This document shows positions 26,660 through 39,783 of a stretch of 64,000 bases of DNA, piece after piece (position 1 is the stretch's first letter; each line of letters starts with the position of its first letter). The notes beneath the pieces were generated by a model. The model did no database searches. It had not been told where the DNA came from and saw only the letters and a program-made list of their open reading frames with translations. Source of the DNA: Octopus sinensis (Eukaryota); contig NC_042997.1 in the NCBI RefSeq assembly GCF_006345805.1, positions 102,920,001 through 102,984,000 on the forward strand. Reading direction: 5' to 3'. The translations under genes and the position numbers were made by a program.

Positions 26660-27080
26660 GTGGCACTCTGTCGCTTACAACGATTAGGGCCCCAGTTGAT
26701 TTGATCAAGGGAACAACCCGCTCATAAATTAACGTGGAAGTGGCTGGGCACTCCATAGATGCGTAGTTCTTAGGAAAATTTAACACGTCACAGAATGTAT
26801 CAAGGTCGACCCTTTGAATTACAGGTACTGCTCATTTTTGTCAGCTGAGTGAACTGGAGCTACGAAAAATAAAGTGTCTTGTTCAAGGGCGCAACGAGCT
26901 GCAGGGAATCGAACTCACAACAGGTACAGCTGTGTGGTAAGAAGTTTGCGTTTGCTTCCCAGCAACATGGTTTCAGGGTGAGTCCCATTGCGTTGCACAT
27001 TGAAAAAGTGTCTTTTACAATAATAGTCCCGGGCCGGGCAAAGCCTTATGAGTGGATTTGAAAGACAGAAACTGAAAGAA
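26660..27080. mobile_element. Degraded SINE C (-) joined to a SINE A head (+)
   Basis: Homologous to 12967-13283 and 41309-41470. Confidence 0.65.
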
Positions 27081-27089
27081 CGCGCGAGG

Positions 27090-27162
<73 letters not shown>

Positions 27163-27190
27163 ATATATATATATATATGTATATATATAT

Positions 27191-27221
<31 letters not shown>

Positions 27222-27245
27222 GTATATATATATATGTATGTTATA

Positions 27246-27309
<64 letters not shown>

Positions 27310-27495
27310 TATATATATATATATATATAAACAAAGATAAATGCGATACAATAAAATTAATTATAATCGCCGGTGTACAGTACACGCCATATATTATACA
27401 TATATCATTACATTCAAGGCGAAGAGTGCACTAGATACACAATAGCTGGATAAATTTAGTGAGATGAAAATTAAAAACTTTTACAACTAACTTTT

Positions 27496-27566
27496 CTTAT
27501 ACTGCAGTTTCGCCAAATTCAGTAATAAAAATAGTATTTATTTACTCAGGCTGGCTCTTCAGTAAG
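27496..27566 (-). ncRNA. Type I hammerhead ribozyme, unit 1
   Basis: CUUA CUGAAGA GCCA..UGGC GAAAC UGCA GU A UAAG. Canonical core, all stems pair. Confidence 0.85.
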
Positions 27567-27899
27567 ATTCCTGTTAATGATGGGAAGACCATATCAATAG
27601 ACCCATGTGCGTCTATCGAAATGCTCTTTCTAAACTAATCAAAACACTGCGCAGACTCAGAACAAACCCGACAAAATAGGGGATTGTGGTATATCGTCTA
27701 ACGGTCAGAAATTTATCGAGAGAATATGTAAACAAAGATAAATGCGATACAATAAAATTAATTATAATCGCCGGTGTACCAGTACACGCCATATATTATA
27801 CATATATCATTACATTCAAGGCGAAGAGTTCACTAGATACACAATAGCTGGATAAATTTAGTGAGATGAAAATTAAAAACTTTTACAAACTTAACTTTT

Positions 27900-27969
27900 C
27901 TTATACTGCAGTTTCGCCAAATTCAGTAATAAAAATAGTATTATTTACTCAGGCTGGCTCTTCAGTAAG
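27900..27969 (-). ncRNA. Type I hammerhead ribozyme, unit 2
   Basis: Same core and stems as unit 1. Confidence 0.85.
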
Positions 27970-28297
27970 ATTCTGTTAATGATGGGAAGACCATATCAAT
28001 AGACCCATGTGCGTCTATCGAAATGCTCTTTCTAAACTAATCAAAACACTGCGCAGACTCAGAACAAACCCGACAAAATAGGGGATTGTGGTATATCGTC
28101 TAACGGTCAGAAATTTATCGAGAATATGTAAACAAAGATAAATGCGATACAATAAAATTAATTATAATCGCCGGTGTACCAGTACACGCCATATATTATA
28201 CATATATCATTACATTCAAGCGAAGAGTGCACTAGATACACAATAGCTGGATAAATTAGTGAGATGAAAATTAAAATCTTTTACAAACTTAACTTTT

Positions 28298-28367
28298 CTT
28301 ATACTGCAGTTTCGCCAAATTCAGTAATAAAAATAGTATTTATTTACTCAGCTGGCTCTTCAGTAAG
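28298..28367 (-). ncRNA. Type I hammerhead ribozyme, unit 3
   Basis: Same core and stems as unit 1. Confidence 0.85.
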
Positions 28368-28470
28368 ATTCCTGTTAATGATGGAAGACCATATCAATAG
28401 ACCCATGTGCGTCTATCGAAATGCTCTTTCTAAACTAATCAAAACAAATCAAAACAAATATATATCAATA

Positions 28471-28582
<112 letters not shown>

Positions 28583-28583
28583 G

Positions 28584-28654
<71 letters not shown>

Positions 28655-28655
<1 letters not shown>

Positions 28656-30120
28656 GAGGCAGATGGACAAACCATCACACAAAGAAAAGGGATGGACTAC
28701 GCACCACCTGCCCCAAAGCGGAGGTACGCAGATGTTGTGCGCGCCACAAACAGCCAACATGATGTTGTCGAAAGAGCAGCTGCTGAGCAAACAATTTTTT
28801 GTGCATGGCACAAAAGATTGTACAGCAGCTGACCTGGCTTCATCAAACCCAAGCCCGCAGGTGGGACTACCCACTATATACCAGACCACCACAGCAAACA
28901 GACACAGGATGGACACCGCCGGCAACAACGTACACCTACACCTCGATACTCCTACTGAACATCAGAGGACTGCAAACACTCAGTAACAGGACAAAGATCC
29001 CGTTCCTGAGAGACTTTGTTGCATGCAATCAAGCCTTATGCATAGCACTCACAGAAACGCACCTGAAACCGGACATAGCAGATGCGGAGTTACACATACC
29101 ACAGTATGCTGTACTACGGACCGACAGGAAAGAAAGGAGTCATGGAGGTGTTGCTATGTACATCCGTGAGGACCTCACACCCCAGGTCCTCTTGTCATAC
29201 TCAAACTCGGTGTGTGACACACTAATTGTACATATTAGGCAACTTGATGTAGTTGTGTGTGCTACATATCGCCCTCCAGATGCCCCAAGCCATGGGGGCA
29301 AGTTTGAAGACTGCCTTATAAAAATAGAAGAAATTCTAACCACATTAGAACAACACATAGGTGTGCTTCTTATGGGAGACTTCAATCTGCCCAATGTCAG
29401 ATGGCCCGAGGGCCTTTCTCTCCCAGGAATGACAAGATGTGAACGAGGACAGGCGAGGTCCCTCCTGAACCTCATCAACACCCTGTACATGGAGCAGGTA
29501 ATACTCCAACCAACCAGGGCAGGTAACACACTGGATCTATGCTTCACAAATGACATGGATCTCATCCATAATGTGAAAGTGAGACCGACACTACTCTTGG
29601 ATCACAACATGATAGAGCTGACCATGTACGGGCCAAAAGAGAGCACGGACATGCAGCCTACAAGAAACCCTCAAAATCTTTCCAGCTTGAACTACCATAA
29701 GGCAAACTGGAAACAAATTGAGAAAGAGATCCTCAAACAAAACTGGCCTAAATGTCTCTCCTCGCCAGACATCGACGTGAAACTTCAACAATTCATGTCT
29801 GTAATGCAAGCCATATGCTAGAAATGTGTCCCAGAGAGAAAGGCCACTGTACACAAGAACAAAATCCCCAGAGAGAGGAAAATTTTAATGAGACGGCGTA
29901 CGAAATTTTCAAATCGCCTAAACAAACAGATTGAAAGCAGTGAAAAGTCCCGCCTAAAAATAAAACTGTTGGAAATCGAAAAATGTCTGCAACTCTCCCA
30001 TGAAAAAGAAAGAGCAGACAAAGAAGCCTGGGCTATAGAAAACATAAAATCTAACCCAGAGCTTTCTACAGGTATGCCAAAGAAACAGCTACAGTGCACT
30101 GTAGAATAGGGCCACTCTGG
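28655..30120 (+). mobile_element. CR1/L2-group LINE, 5' portion with APE endonuclease (ORF 28799-29821)
   Basis: LLNIRGL, LTETHL, RTDR..HGGVAMY, YRPP, MGDFNLP, PTRAGNTLDL, LDHNMI. Confidence 0.92.
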
Positions 30121-30627
30121 GAACAACTGTAATCGTGGGGTGCACAGATGCGTTGTTTCTGTTAGCGAAATACCAATGTGACTATTATCCAAGCCAGAAG
30201 TGCATACAATGCACGTCTGACTCGGAGGAGTTGCACTGATCCTGACAAATCGCCGACCAGATGATGATGATGATGATCTTCTAAATTCTTGATCCAGCAA
30301 TGTCGTTGGAAATTTGACGTTTCTAGCAACTTTTGAGAGAAAATGTACTTTTGTTGTGGGTATGTGGCAGTGTCCGATGGTAAGTTTAGCATAGGAAGAA
30401 AACCAGAGTTGAGAGAAATAATCCAGTTAAGAATGTTTATTTCGAAACAAATAACTGATGTGTTTATTGCAATGGTCATAGGGATCATCTCACCAGAAAT
30501 TTCGAAACGTTCTTTAAATCAACTGGAGTTGGTTGTTTCATTTTCCATTCTAGGAATATACTCCTATTTGTTGTTCGTCTACATGAATGAAATTCTGTTT
30601 GGTCGTTCTGATTGAACTAAAGTATAT

Positions 30628-30703
<76 letters not shown>

Positions 30704-30704
30704 T

Positions 30705-31410
30705 TGAGATTCAGTCTCAACTCATGGCTCGCCACTTCATCTTACGTGGGTATCCCTCACCACTATCCACACCGCCCTTACTAGAGCACGTTCCGTGGAC
30801 CGTGCATCTGCTTTCTCCCCACGAACCCGCCCTGCAGTCTCCCGCCTCTCTTTACCCCTCACTTATAACCTACCACCCTACTTCTCCATAATCATCATCA
30901 TTGTTCGACCGTGAAAAGACTACCTCTCCAACACACCATTCTCCGAGCTTTCCGGCATCTCCAGTCCGACCCGTCCACTTCACACATCTTCCCTAACCGA
31001 CACCTCCCCTCCTCCAAACGAGCCCACAACCCACGAGACCTCTTGGTCCAAGGCTTCTTCCCCAACCCAAACTCCCAACCTGACTCGTTCCCTTGCCCGC
31101 CCACGCTGCCGCACTTGCCCTTACCTCTCCAACACCACACTCCTCACCGGCACCTATCATCGACCCTATCACATCACCGACTCCTTCACCTGCACTTCTA
31201 CCAACATCATCTATTGCATCTTTTTTCTGTCTGCCATTCTCTGTACATCGGATAAATGGGACGCCGCTTGGCTGACCGGTTCACGGAACACCTCCGAGAC
31301 ATCCGCCTCGGCAATGATATCCCGGTCTCACACCATTTCCGCTCTACCGGTCACTCTTTGCAACACCTGTCTGTGTTCGGATTGTCATTGCACAATAGCC
31401 ATCCAGACTA
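30705..31410 (+). mobile_element. Penelope-like (Neptune-like) linker + GIY-YIG fragment
   Basis: RGYP, KRAHNPRDLLV, FPC..PRCRTCPY, FTCTSTNIIYCI, LYIG*MGRRLADRFTEH, VSHHF..GHS, with frameshifts. Confidence 0.85.
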
Positions 31411-31710
31411 CACACACACGCATACATACACATACATAACGCGACGCGTTATTAGAAGGTTCAGGGAGCAGTATTTAGTCATCTATGAAATTACGATATG
31501 CTATTACTATATAAATCCAATCATGAAATCAAAGGTTAAGCTAAATGGTAGATTCCACGTCACATTACATAATGTGAAAAGAAGAAAACATTTTTGACAT
31601 TTCTAATATTTTTGACAAAGGCATAAAAATATCAAATATATGTATCGCACAAACCCACACATGTATATACATATATACATGTGTGTGTATATGTATATAT
31701 ATATATATAT

Positions 31711-32268
31711 GCGTAGGAGAGGCTGTGTGGTAAGTAGCTTGCTTACCAAACACATGGTTCCGAGTTCAGTCCCACTGCGTGGCACCTTGGGCAAGTGTCT
31801 TCTACTATAGCCTCGGGCCGACCAAAGCCTTGTGAGTAGATGAGTGGATCTGGTAGACGGAAACTGAAAGAAGCCCATCGTATATATGTATATATATGTA
31901 TGTGTGTGTATGTTTGTGTGTCTGTGTTTGTCGCCCCAACATCCCTTGACAACCGCGAGCTGGCAGAAACGTTAGCACACAGGGCGAAATGCGTAGCCGT
32001 ATTTCGTCTGCCGTTACGTTCTGAGTCGACTTTGCCTTTCATCCATCCGAGGTCGATAAATTAAGTACCAGTTACGCACTGGGGTCGATGTAATCGACTT
32101 AATCCGTTTGTCTGTCCTTGTTTGTCCTCTCTGTGTGTAGCCCCTTGTGGGTAGTAAAGAAATAGGTTCGGCAAAGAGACCAATAGAAGTACTAGACTTA
32201 CAAAGAATAAATCCTGTGGTCGATTTGCTCCAGCATGGCCACAGTCAAGTGGCTGAAACAAGTAAGAG

Positions 32269-32270
<2 letters not shown>
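31711..32270 (+). mobile_element. SINE A with nested SINE B (about 31955-32166)
   Basis: Family A head and tail separated by a family B body. Confidence 0.8.
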
Positions 32271-32309
<39 letters not shown>

Positions 32310-32313
<4 letters not shown>

Positions 32314-33155
32314 CTTATTCGAAATGTACAGTACTATATATCCATCACAGCTGATCTTACCAATCGGTTTCGCTCTAAGAATACAACAGAATGTTAGGTA
32401 ATAATCCGATCATTACGCTCATCAGAGTTAGCCGATATGAAAGGGAATATGGCGACTGATCTCTATTGTCGGAGATGAATGGATACATTATGTTTGAGGT
32501 TGCTGTGAAAAAGATGGTGAAACGAAAATGGGCAGGAGATTAGGTTAGGAGTTATGGTCTTTGTTTGGATTCGCAGTAAAGCCGGTATGCGTTATCTTGA
32601 TGTTTTGGTTGGAAATGTGTGCGTTATGAAGTGTGGTGCTCCTGTGGGGATAGGGTTTGTGATATGTGTAGTGGTGTCATATGTATAATTTTTTTCCAGA
32701 GGTGTAGATATATATACTTGTGTTCGTTCATCTGTTTCCTTTCTGCATTAAGGTTATGGGGTGTTTATGTTAGCGTACGGTGTGTAATCTGAGTGTGGGG
32801 AGTTTATATATATGGGGGTACAATGAGTGTGTAGGGGTATATATTTTGGGAGTGGTAGACGACAGTCTATTTGATAGGTATCCGTTTCGTTGGGGCGTGC
32901 GTATATGTACATGGGTGCGTTGGTGTATGCTTGGTCCAATTCTTTGCTGGGCTCGAGGGTATTGGTGGACGGCCAAGGTTGGAGAAATGGTCGTTGTAGC
33001 CATAGTGGAGCGCACAGATAAGAGAGAATGTACTTTTTTCATGTGGGCTAAGGTTAAACACTTCACTTCTGCTATTCAGGCAAATATCGGGCTCTGGGTA
33101 CCCTTTAAAATCGCTCTCTTCTCAATCAGGCATAAAACCTGCACATCCTTCTGCT
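32310..33155 (-). mobile_element. PLE 3' end/pLTR (copy at about 34010-34855)
   Basis: Degenerate end-of-GIY-YIG-like text (..FNLSPHEK..) followed by a UTR containing a hammerhead. Confidence 0.55.
32354..32429 (-). ncRNA. Hammerhead motif (copy at 34049-34124)
   Basis: AACU CUGAUGA GC..GC GAAACC GAUU GGU A AGAU. Confidence 0.65.
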
Positions 33156-33156
33156 A

Positions 33157-33592
33157 TAGAAGTACTATTTACTTTTTACTCTTTTACTCTTTTACTTGTT
33201 TCAGTCATTTGACTGCGGCCATGCTGGAGCACCGCCTTTAGTCGAGCAAATTGACCCCGGGACTTATTCTTTGTAAGCCCAGTACTTATTCTATCGGTCT
33301 CTTTTGCCGAACCGCTAAGTTACGGGGAAGTAAACACACCAGCATCGGTTGTCAAGCAATGCTAGGGGGACAAACACAAACACACACACACCACACACAC
33401 ACACACATATATATATATATACATATACACGACAGGCTTCTTTCAGTTTCCGTTTACCAAATCCACTCACAAGGCATTGGTCGGCCCGGGGCTATAGCAG
33501 AAGACACTTGCCCAAGATGCCACGCAGTGGGACTGAACCCGGAACCATGTGGTTGGTTAGCAAGCTACTTACCACACAACCACTCCTGCGCC
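33157..33592 (-). mobile_element. SINE family A (copy at about 34858-35278)
   Basis: Full head and tail as at 1085-1476. Confidence 0.9.
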
Positions 33593-33609
33593 TATTTACA
33601 TTTCTCCAG

Positions 33610-33902
33610 GATCTTCCACTTTATGTGGCGCTTTCCTTCAAAGACCAAACGTGCTTCGGGATGTAGAAGGAGGACTTGTGGCTGTTAAAACGGTTTCTGA
33701 AAGGGCATTCCGTTGCACCCAAATACTTCCGCATGTTCATTTGCCCATTGGGTCCTATGGATGTTACTTCTGCTTCGTATACAACTGCCTCCGCGGAATA
33801 TTTTTACACTAGATACCCAGCTAAAAGAGATTTTCAGAGTAATTTTATTAAGTATTTTGTTGAATCTATTTGTACGTGGACAGTGTTTATCAACTAATCA
33901 AA
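33610..33902 (+). pseudogene. Exon-like segment of unknown gene with in-frame TAG and TAA (copy at 35296-35587)
   Basis: TTTACATTTCTCCAG| acceptor and |GTAAGA donor. Reads DLPLYVALSFKDQTCFGM*KEDLWLLKRFLKGHSVAPKYFRMFICPLGPMDV..WTVFIN*S. Confidence 0.35.
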
Positions 33903-35654
33903 GTAAGATCTTACCTACTCTGGTTTTAACATTTAAAGAGAAGAACCTCTCTCTCTCTATATATATATGTATATATGTATATATATATATTAATATATAT
34001 ATATATATATTATTCGAAATGTACAGTACTATATATCCATCACAGCTGATCTTACCAATCGGTTTCGCTCTAAGAATACAACAGAATGTTAGGTAATAAT
34101 CCGATCATTACGCTCATCAGAGTTAGCCGATATGAAAGGGAATATGGCGACTGATCTCTATTGTCGGAGATGAATGGATACATTATGTTTGAGGTTGCTG
34201 TGAAAAAGATGGTGAAACGAAAATGGGCAGGAGATTAGGTTAGGAGTTATGGTCTTTGTTTGGATTCGCAGTAAAGCCGGTATGCGTTATCTTGATGTTT
34301 TGGTTGGAAATGTGTGCGTTATGAAGTGTGGTGCTCCTGTGGGGATAGGGTTTGTGATATGTGTAGTGGTGTCATATGTATAATTTTTTTCCAGAGGTGT
34401 AGATATATATACTTGTGTTCGTTCATCTGTTTCCTTCTGCATTAAGGTTATGGGGTGTTTATGTTAGGTACGGTGTGTAATCTGAGTGTGGGGAGTTTAT
34501 ATATATGGGGGTACAATGAGTGTGTAGGGGTATATATTTTGGGAGTGGTAGACGACAGTCTATTTGATAGGTACCGTTTCGTTGGGGCGTGCGTATATGT
34601 ACATGGGTGCGTTGGTGTATGCTTGGTCCAATTCTTTGCTGGGCGCGAGGGTATTGGTGGACGGCAAGGTTGGAGAAATGGTCGTTGTAGCCATAGTGGA
34701 GCGCACAGATAAGAGAGAATGTACTTTTTTCATGTGGGCTAAGGTTAAACACTTCACTTCTGCTATTCAGGCAAATATCGGGTCTGGGTACCCTTTAAAA
34801 TCGCTCTCTTCTCAATCAGGCATAAAACCTGCACATCCTTCTGCTATAGAAGTACTATTTACTTTTTACTCTTTTACTCTTTTACTTGTTTCAGTCATTT
34901 GATGCGGCCATGCTGGAGCACCGCCTTTAGTCGAGCAATTGACCCCGGGACTATTCTTTGTAAGCCCAGTACTTATTCTATCGGTCTCTTTTGCCGAACC
35001 GCTAAGTTACGGGGAAGTAAACACACCAGCATCGGTTGTCAAGCAATGCTAGGGGGACAAACACAAACACACACAACACACACACACAACACATATATAT
35101 ATATATACATATACACGACAGGCTTCTTCAGTTTCCGTTTACCAACATCACTCACAAGGCATTGGTCGGCCCGGGGGGCTATAGCAGAAGACACTTGCCA
35201 AGATGCCACGCAGTGGGACTGAACCCGGAAACATGTGGTTGGTTAGCAAGCTACTTACCACACAACCACTCCTGCGCCTATTTACATTTCTCCAGGATCT
35301 TCCACTTTATGTGGCGCTTCCTTCAAAGACCAAACGTGCTTCGGGATGTAGAAGGAGGACTTGTGGCTGTTAAAACGGTTTCTGAAAGGGCATTCCGTTG
35401 CACCCAAATACTTCCGCATGTTCATTTGCCCATTGGGTCCTATGGATGTTACTTCTGCTTCGTATACAACTGCCTCCGCGGAATATTTTTACACTAGATA
35501 CCCAGCTAAAAGAGATTTTCAGAGTAATTTTATTAAGTATTTTGTTGAATCTATTTGTACGTGGACAGGGTTTATCAACTAATCAAAGTAAGATCTTACC
35601 TACTCTGGTTTAACATTAAAGAGAAGAACCTCTCTCTCTCTATATATATATGTA

Positions 35655-35701
<47 letters not shown>

Positions 35702-35824
35702 ACACATATATTTTAACGCTTCTTTTATGTTCAGCTTTAATAAAAAGAATTTTATATTAATCCGATGGGTTACTCTATACTTTTTGGGAGTACAAATTTA
35801 TTATTCTCATACTAGAAAACTATT

Positions 35825-35871
35825 GACAGTGACGTCGGAGTTTCGGCCTGCTGACTCATCGTCGGACTGTC
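35825..35871 (-). ncRNA. Type I hammerhead (U4C core)
   Basis: GACAGU CCGACGA U GAGUC-AGCA-GGCC GAAAC UCCGAC GU C ACUGUC. Stem I is a perfect 6 bp. Confidence 0.7.
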
Positions 35872-37026
35872 CGACGATCTTCTAAAGATAGAAATGAGGA
35901 GTGAAAACCGGTGGAGGGAGAAAATAGGGAGACAAAGAAAAACGTATCTGAATTAATGGTGCTCCATGTCGGACTGCATTCATATATACATTCATATATT
36001 TATATGACTGCATGTATATATGTATTTGCATAACCAAGTAATTTTATATACCTACTGCATGAAATGTTCGAACATTTATAAGGCCAGTATTTAACTCCGT
36101 TTATTGTTACATTAAGTGGGTGTGGATTCAGTTTTACCCTCGACAGGATGGCAGTAAATTGTTAGTAAGTTTATCCTAATATACTGTACCTCGTCCTGAC
36201 ACCCAAAACGTGACTGATATTATTTGAACTTATGACACATAATTTCGCAAGTTGTCATTAAGGAAATGAAAAATGGTATACACTCATCTAATTTGTTTAT
36301 AAATCCTTCCGATGTTTATATTCGTATGTATACATGCTTGTACTGTTATCAGTTTCCCTATCATTTTTGTCTAGAGTTTTCAGTTAAATGGCTTACAGTT
36401 TACATCCTCTATTCCAAGACTGAAGATTCTAACCTCACTAGGGGAAAGCACAACAAAACATATAAATTTTTCGAACTGAATAAATGCCCAAATTGTTTTT
36501 CTATAAAAGCGTTAGAAACAAGAAATTCCAAAAAATTCGAAATATTTCTGTATAGTCTTCTCAAATGTACATTTTATTGAGCATGGTTAAGACATGACGA
36601 TAGATTATACCAACTTATATTTCACTGTACGATTATTGTTTTCGTTTTGTAGGTTAACTGATTGTAGGCGTCACTTTCAACTATGAAATTTGATATTGAA
36701 CACGCTGAAAGATTATTGTTGAAAATCTAACTGCCAGAGTTTTGTGTATGAGACATTTCTTATTGACAACATTGATCATTTGTTATTGACACAAATATTT
36801 ACGAAATTAATACTTCCATTTTATGTTTCTTTTTTGTTTTACGTAATATATCATGTGGATGTTTGTCACGTTACTAACGAGGAGAATGAATATGATATCT
36901 TATAAATATATCAGTGTCCTAGAAAAGTAAAATCTGATAATGTATGTATGTATGTATGTATGTATGTATGTATGTATGTATGTATGTATGTATGTATGTA
37001 TGTATGTATGCATGTATGTATGTACA

Positions 37027-38219
37027 CAGACATGATAGAAGTAAATACACACCCCATAAAACATCGTTTTATGTTTATTTTGACTTGAAGAGGTCTATAT
37101 TTTTTATCAATTGGCATTTTTATGTTTCAAGTTCTATATGTGACTGTTTATTCATGCCATGTACAAAAGAAGCCTTGGAACTGTCCGAATTTCAAAGAGG
37201 CCGTATTGTGGGTCAATATGGACTAAGTCAGCGTGAAATAACAGAAAACTTTGGGGGCCCCTCTTTCTATTGTTAATGGAGTGATTGTGCAATTCATCGG
37301 GTAGGTGGGTGGGGAAAGAAGGAATCTACATCACCTCGCCCAGGTCGACCAGGACCCTCTGAAAGGACCCTTCGATTTATTAAGAGAAGTGTAGAGGATA
37401 ATCCTCGTTGCAAAGCCTCTGACATAGCAAGTTGATGTAAGTTCCAGAACAGCTGTCAAGTATCTCCACAATCGTGGCTACTATGGCAGAGCAGTAAGAA
37501 GGAAGCCATTTCTTCGACCAGCCAATATCAAGCAGAGAAATTATTGGGCCAGTGAGATAGTTGAGAGACCACCAGCATTTTGGGACACTGTCATATTCTC
37601 TGATGAGCTCAGATTTGCAGTATTTTCTGACACTGATCGAGTGTAGACCGTAAAAAGATCGCAGCCAACGATGAAACATAGCGGCTATTCTGTGATGGTC
37701 TGGAAACAATTTGTAGCAATGGTCGATCAGAGCTGGTGGAGTGTGAGGAAACATAATCTCAGATAAGTGTGTCCATATTGCAGAAAGAATTCCTTCCGAT
37801 CTTCTCCTGTGAGGAAATGTTTAAAGAAGATTCTACTTATGAAAGATGGAGCTCCTTGTCACACAGCTAAAAATACTCAAGAGTGGTTGGATGAGAATGG
37901 CATTAAAAACCTTTCATGGCCAAGCCAGTCACCAAATATGAACCATATTGAGCACTTCTGGGGCATAATGGACAGAACACTTCATAAAAGGAACAAGGCA
38001 TCTTCATTTTTGAGATTACTGCATGAAACTTGGCAACTGAATATTCGTCATCTGATCAGTAGCATACCTAATAGGATCCTTGCATTGAAAAATGCAAAGG
38101 GCATGTCTAATAAATATTAGATATTCACATTATAATAATAATAAATAAACAATTTGAATGTGTAATTTCAAATTTAAATAAATTTTAATGGTTCTAAGTG
38201 TCTACTTCTGTCATGTCTG
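37027..38219 (+). mobile_element. Tc1-like DNA transposon remnant with both TIRs
   Basis: TIRs CAGACATGA(T/C)AGAAGTA. Transposase motifs ELSEFQRGRIVG, PRPGRP, RRKPFL, VIFSDE, DGAPCH, WPSQSPNMNHIEHFW, with stops and frameshifts. Confidence 0.92.
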
Positions 38220-38238
38220 TATATGCATGTATATACAT

Positions 38239-38282
<44 letters not shown>

Positions 38283-38312
38283 TAATATAATATATATATA
38301 AATACATAATAC

Positions 38313-38348
<36 letters not shown>

Positions 38349-38398
38349 ATATAAATAATATATATATGCATATATAGATAACACACACACACACAACA

Positions 38399-38436
<38 letters not shown>

Positions 38437-38849
38437 TTATATATATATGCATATATATGTACAGGACGTCATAAACAGTAAACAACATGAAATACGAAAA
38501 CAAATGAGTTAAATACGCAAATTACGGATACAACTTTTAAATTTTATTCCCTCAAAATCATTTTCCTGTATCATATTTAGATGACCTTTTATACATAAGT
38601 AACTAAAGTGAACTCACTTTTGAGTTATCTTTTAAAACGTTCACCCATGAATTCGTGTTTGTATTCTTATGCAAAACTAGTTTGAATAAGAGAGAAGTTG
38701 CATAGCACTCTTGGCTTTCAATAAATTCTAAACATTTATAAGACTTCAGTGGTGATTAGATTCTATTGCTGAGTCATCATGCTTAACCATGAAGTAAATA
38801 ATTAAGTTCTTCTTTCACTTTCACCCGTGTTGTTTCGGTTTCAGTGTGA

Positions 38850-39497
38850 GTTCTGCATGACTGCTAGCAGTATGTCACTCAAGAAAAGTTTCGAAGTTAT
38901 TCAGAAGAACAAGGAGAAAGAAGGAAATATTTGGTGCAGCTGCAGCCCCATTCATCTAGAGGTCATGTGCCTGTAGAGGAACTTCATTGGCCATCAGAAA
39001 CCGAATGCCAATCAAGGAGCAGATTGTTGGTCGGTACCAGTTTCTTGGGAAATCAATTAAAGACAGAAAGGAGAGAGTGGTGCAATTATCAAGAGGTGAC
39101 ACTACTGTGAAGAGATGAACTGAATTTTCCAATCCATTCCGAGCAAGTAATACGGCCCAAGTTCGAAAATATGTTTCATTTATATGACAAATGCGCCAAT
39201 AGAAATTTGAGCCGTTACAAGAACTGTTCGCTGTCACTAAAGTGCACGGTGAATGACTCAATGCTGATAGGAAAAAGGAGTACTCCATCCAACTCCAAAG
39301 CAAAGGCAAAGTAGACTATTCGACAAGCAGAGCTGCAAGCAAGCACACTATCCATCCTTTCAAGAGAAGATGCTCTGATGCTAAATTCTCCCATTCTTTA
39401 TCAAACCCAACAACCCTGGATACTAACAGGGATTCTGAAGAAGAGATTGAAGAGTACAGGGTTCTAGGTTTTGGAAATCCATCCAAATGCAACGGGT
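38850..39497 (+). pseudogene. Degenerate coding-like segment, possibly a DNA transposase N-terminus
   Basis: Frameshifted text ..RMPIKEQIVGRYQFL..L*RDELNFPIHSEQVIRPKF..LFAVTK..QLQSKGKVDY..IHPFKRR. Family not recognised with certainty. Confidence 0.3.
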
Positions 39498-39597
39498 NNN
39501 NNNNNNNNNNNNNNNNNNNNNNNNNNNNNNNNNNNNNNNNNNNNNNNNNNNNNNNNNNNNNNNNNNNNNNNNNNNNNNNNNNNNNNNNNNNNNNNNN
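39498..39597. other. Assembly gap (100 N)
   Basis: Run of N. Confidence 0.99.
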
Positions 39598-39650
39598 GAA
39601 GAAACGCTGTGAAGTTAAGCGCTTTTTAGACGTGAAACCAAGGGTAACCA
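39598..39650 (+). ncRNA. Hammerhead motif truncated by the gap
   Basis: nnGAAGA A ACG..CGU GAAAC CAAGG GU A. The 5' core bases and the 5' strand of stem I fall in the Ns. Confidence 0.45.
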
Positions 39651-39738
39651 CATAGACCGGCCATAGCTATCTTTATTTAATTACTCTACTGCTCTATAAC
39701 TTGGAGTGTTGCTCCTACTTCAGATTTATGATTTCCCG

Positions 39739-39783
<45 letters not shown>

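Larger units (their letters stand above)
27328..28446 (-). mobile_element. 400-bp tandem array (2.8 units), one hammerhead per unit, in (TA)n: non-LTR retrozyme or tandem pLTR
   Basis: Units start TAAACAAAGATAAATGCG at 27328, 27729 and 28129. No credible ORF. Confidence 0.8.
32310..35690. repeat. Tandem duplication, about 1690-bp period (PLE 3' end + SINE A + exon-like segment)
   Basis: Position 32354 corresponds to 34049. The second copy has many 1-bp deletions. Confidence 0.9.

Noticed and set aside
32310-35690. 1-bp differences between duplicated copies as biological divergence
   Set aside because: They are mostly single-base deletions in one copy, the signature of unpolished long-read error; frameshifts in such regions should not be over-interpreted.
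36415-36460. CUGAAGA..GAAA hammerhead candidate
   Set aside because: Stem II is possible, but no stem III, cleavage triplet or stem I follows.
38956-39651. Minus-strand ORFs spanning the gap
   Set aside because: One crosses 100 Ns, neither has recognisable motifs, and the plus strand looks more protein-like.
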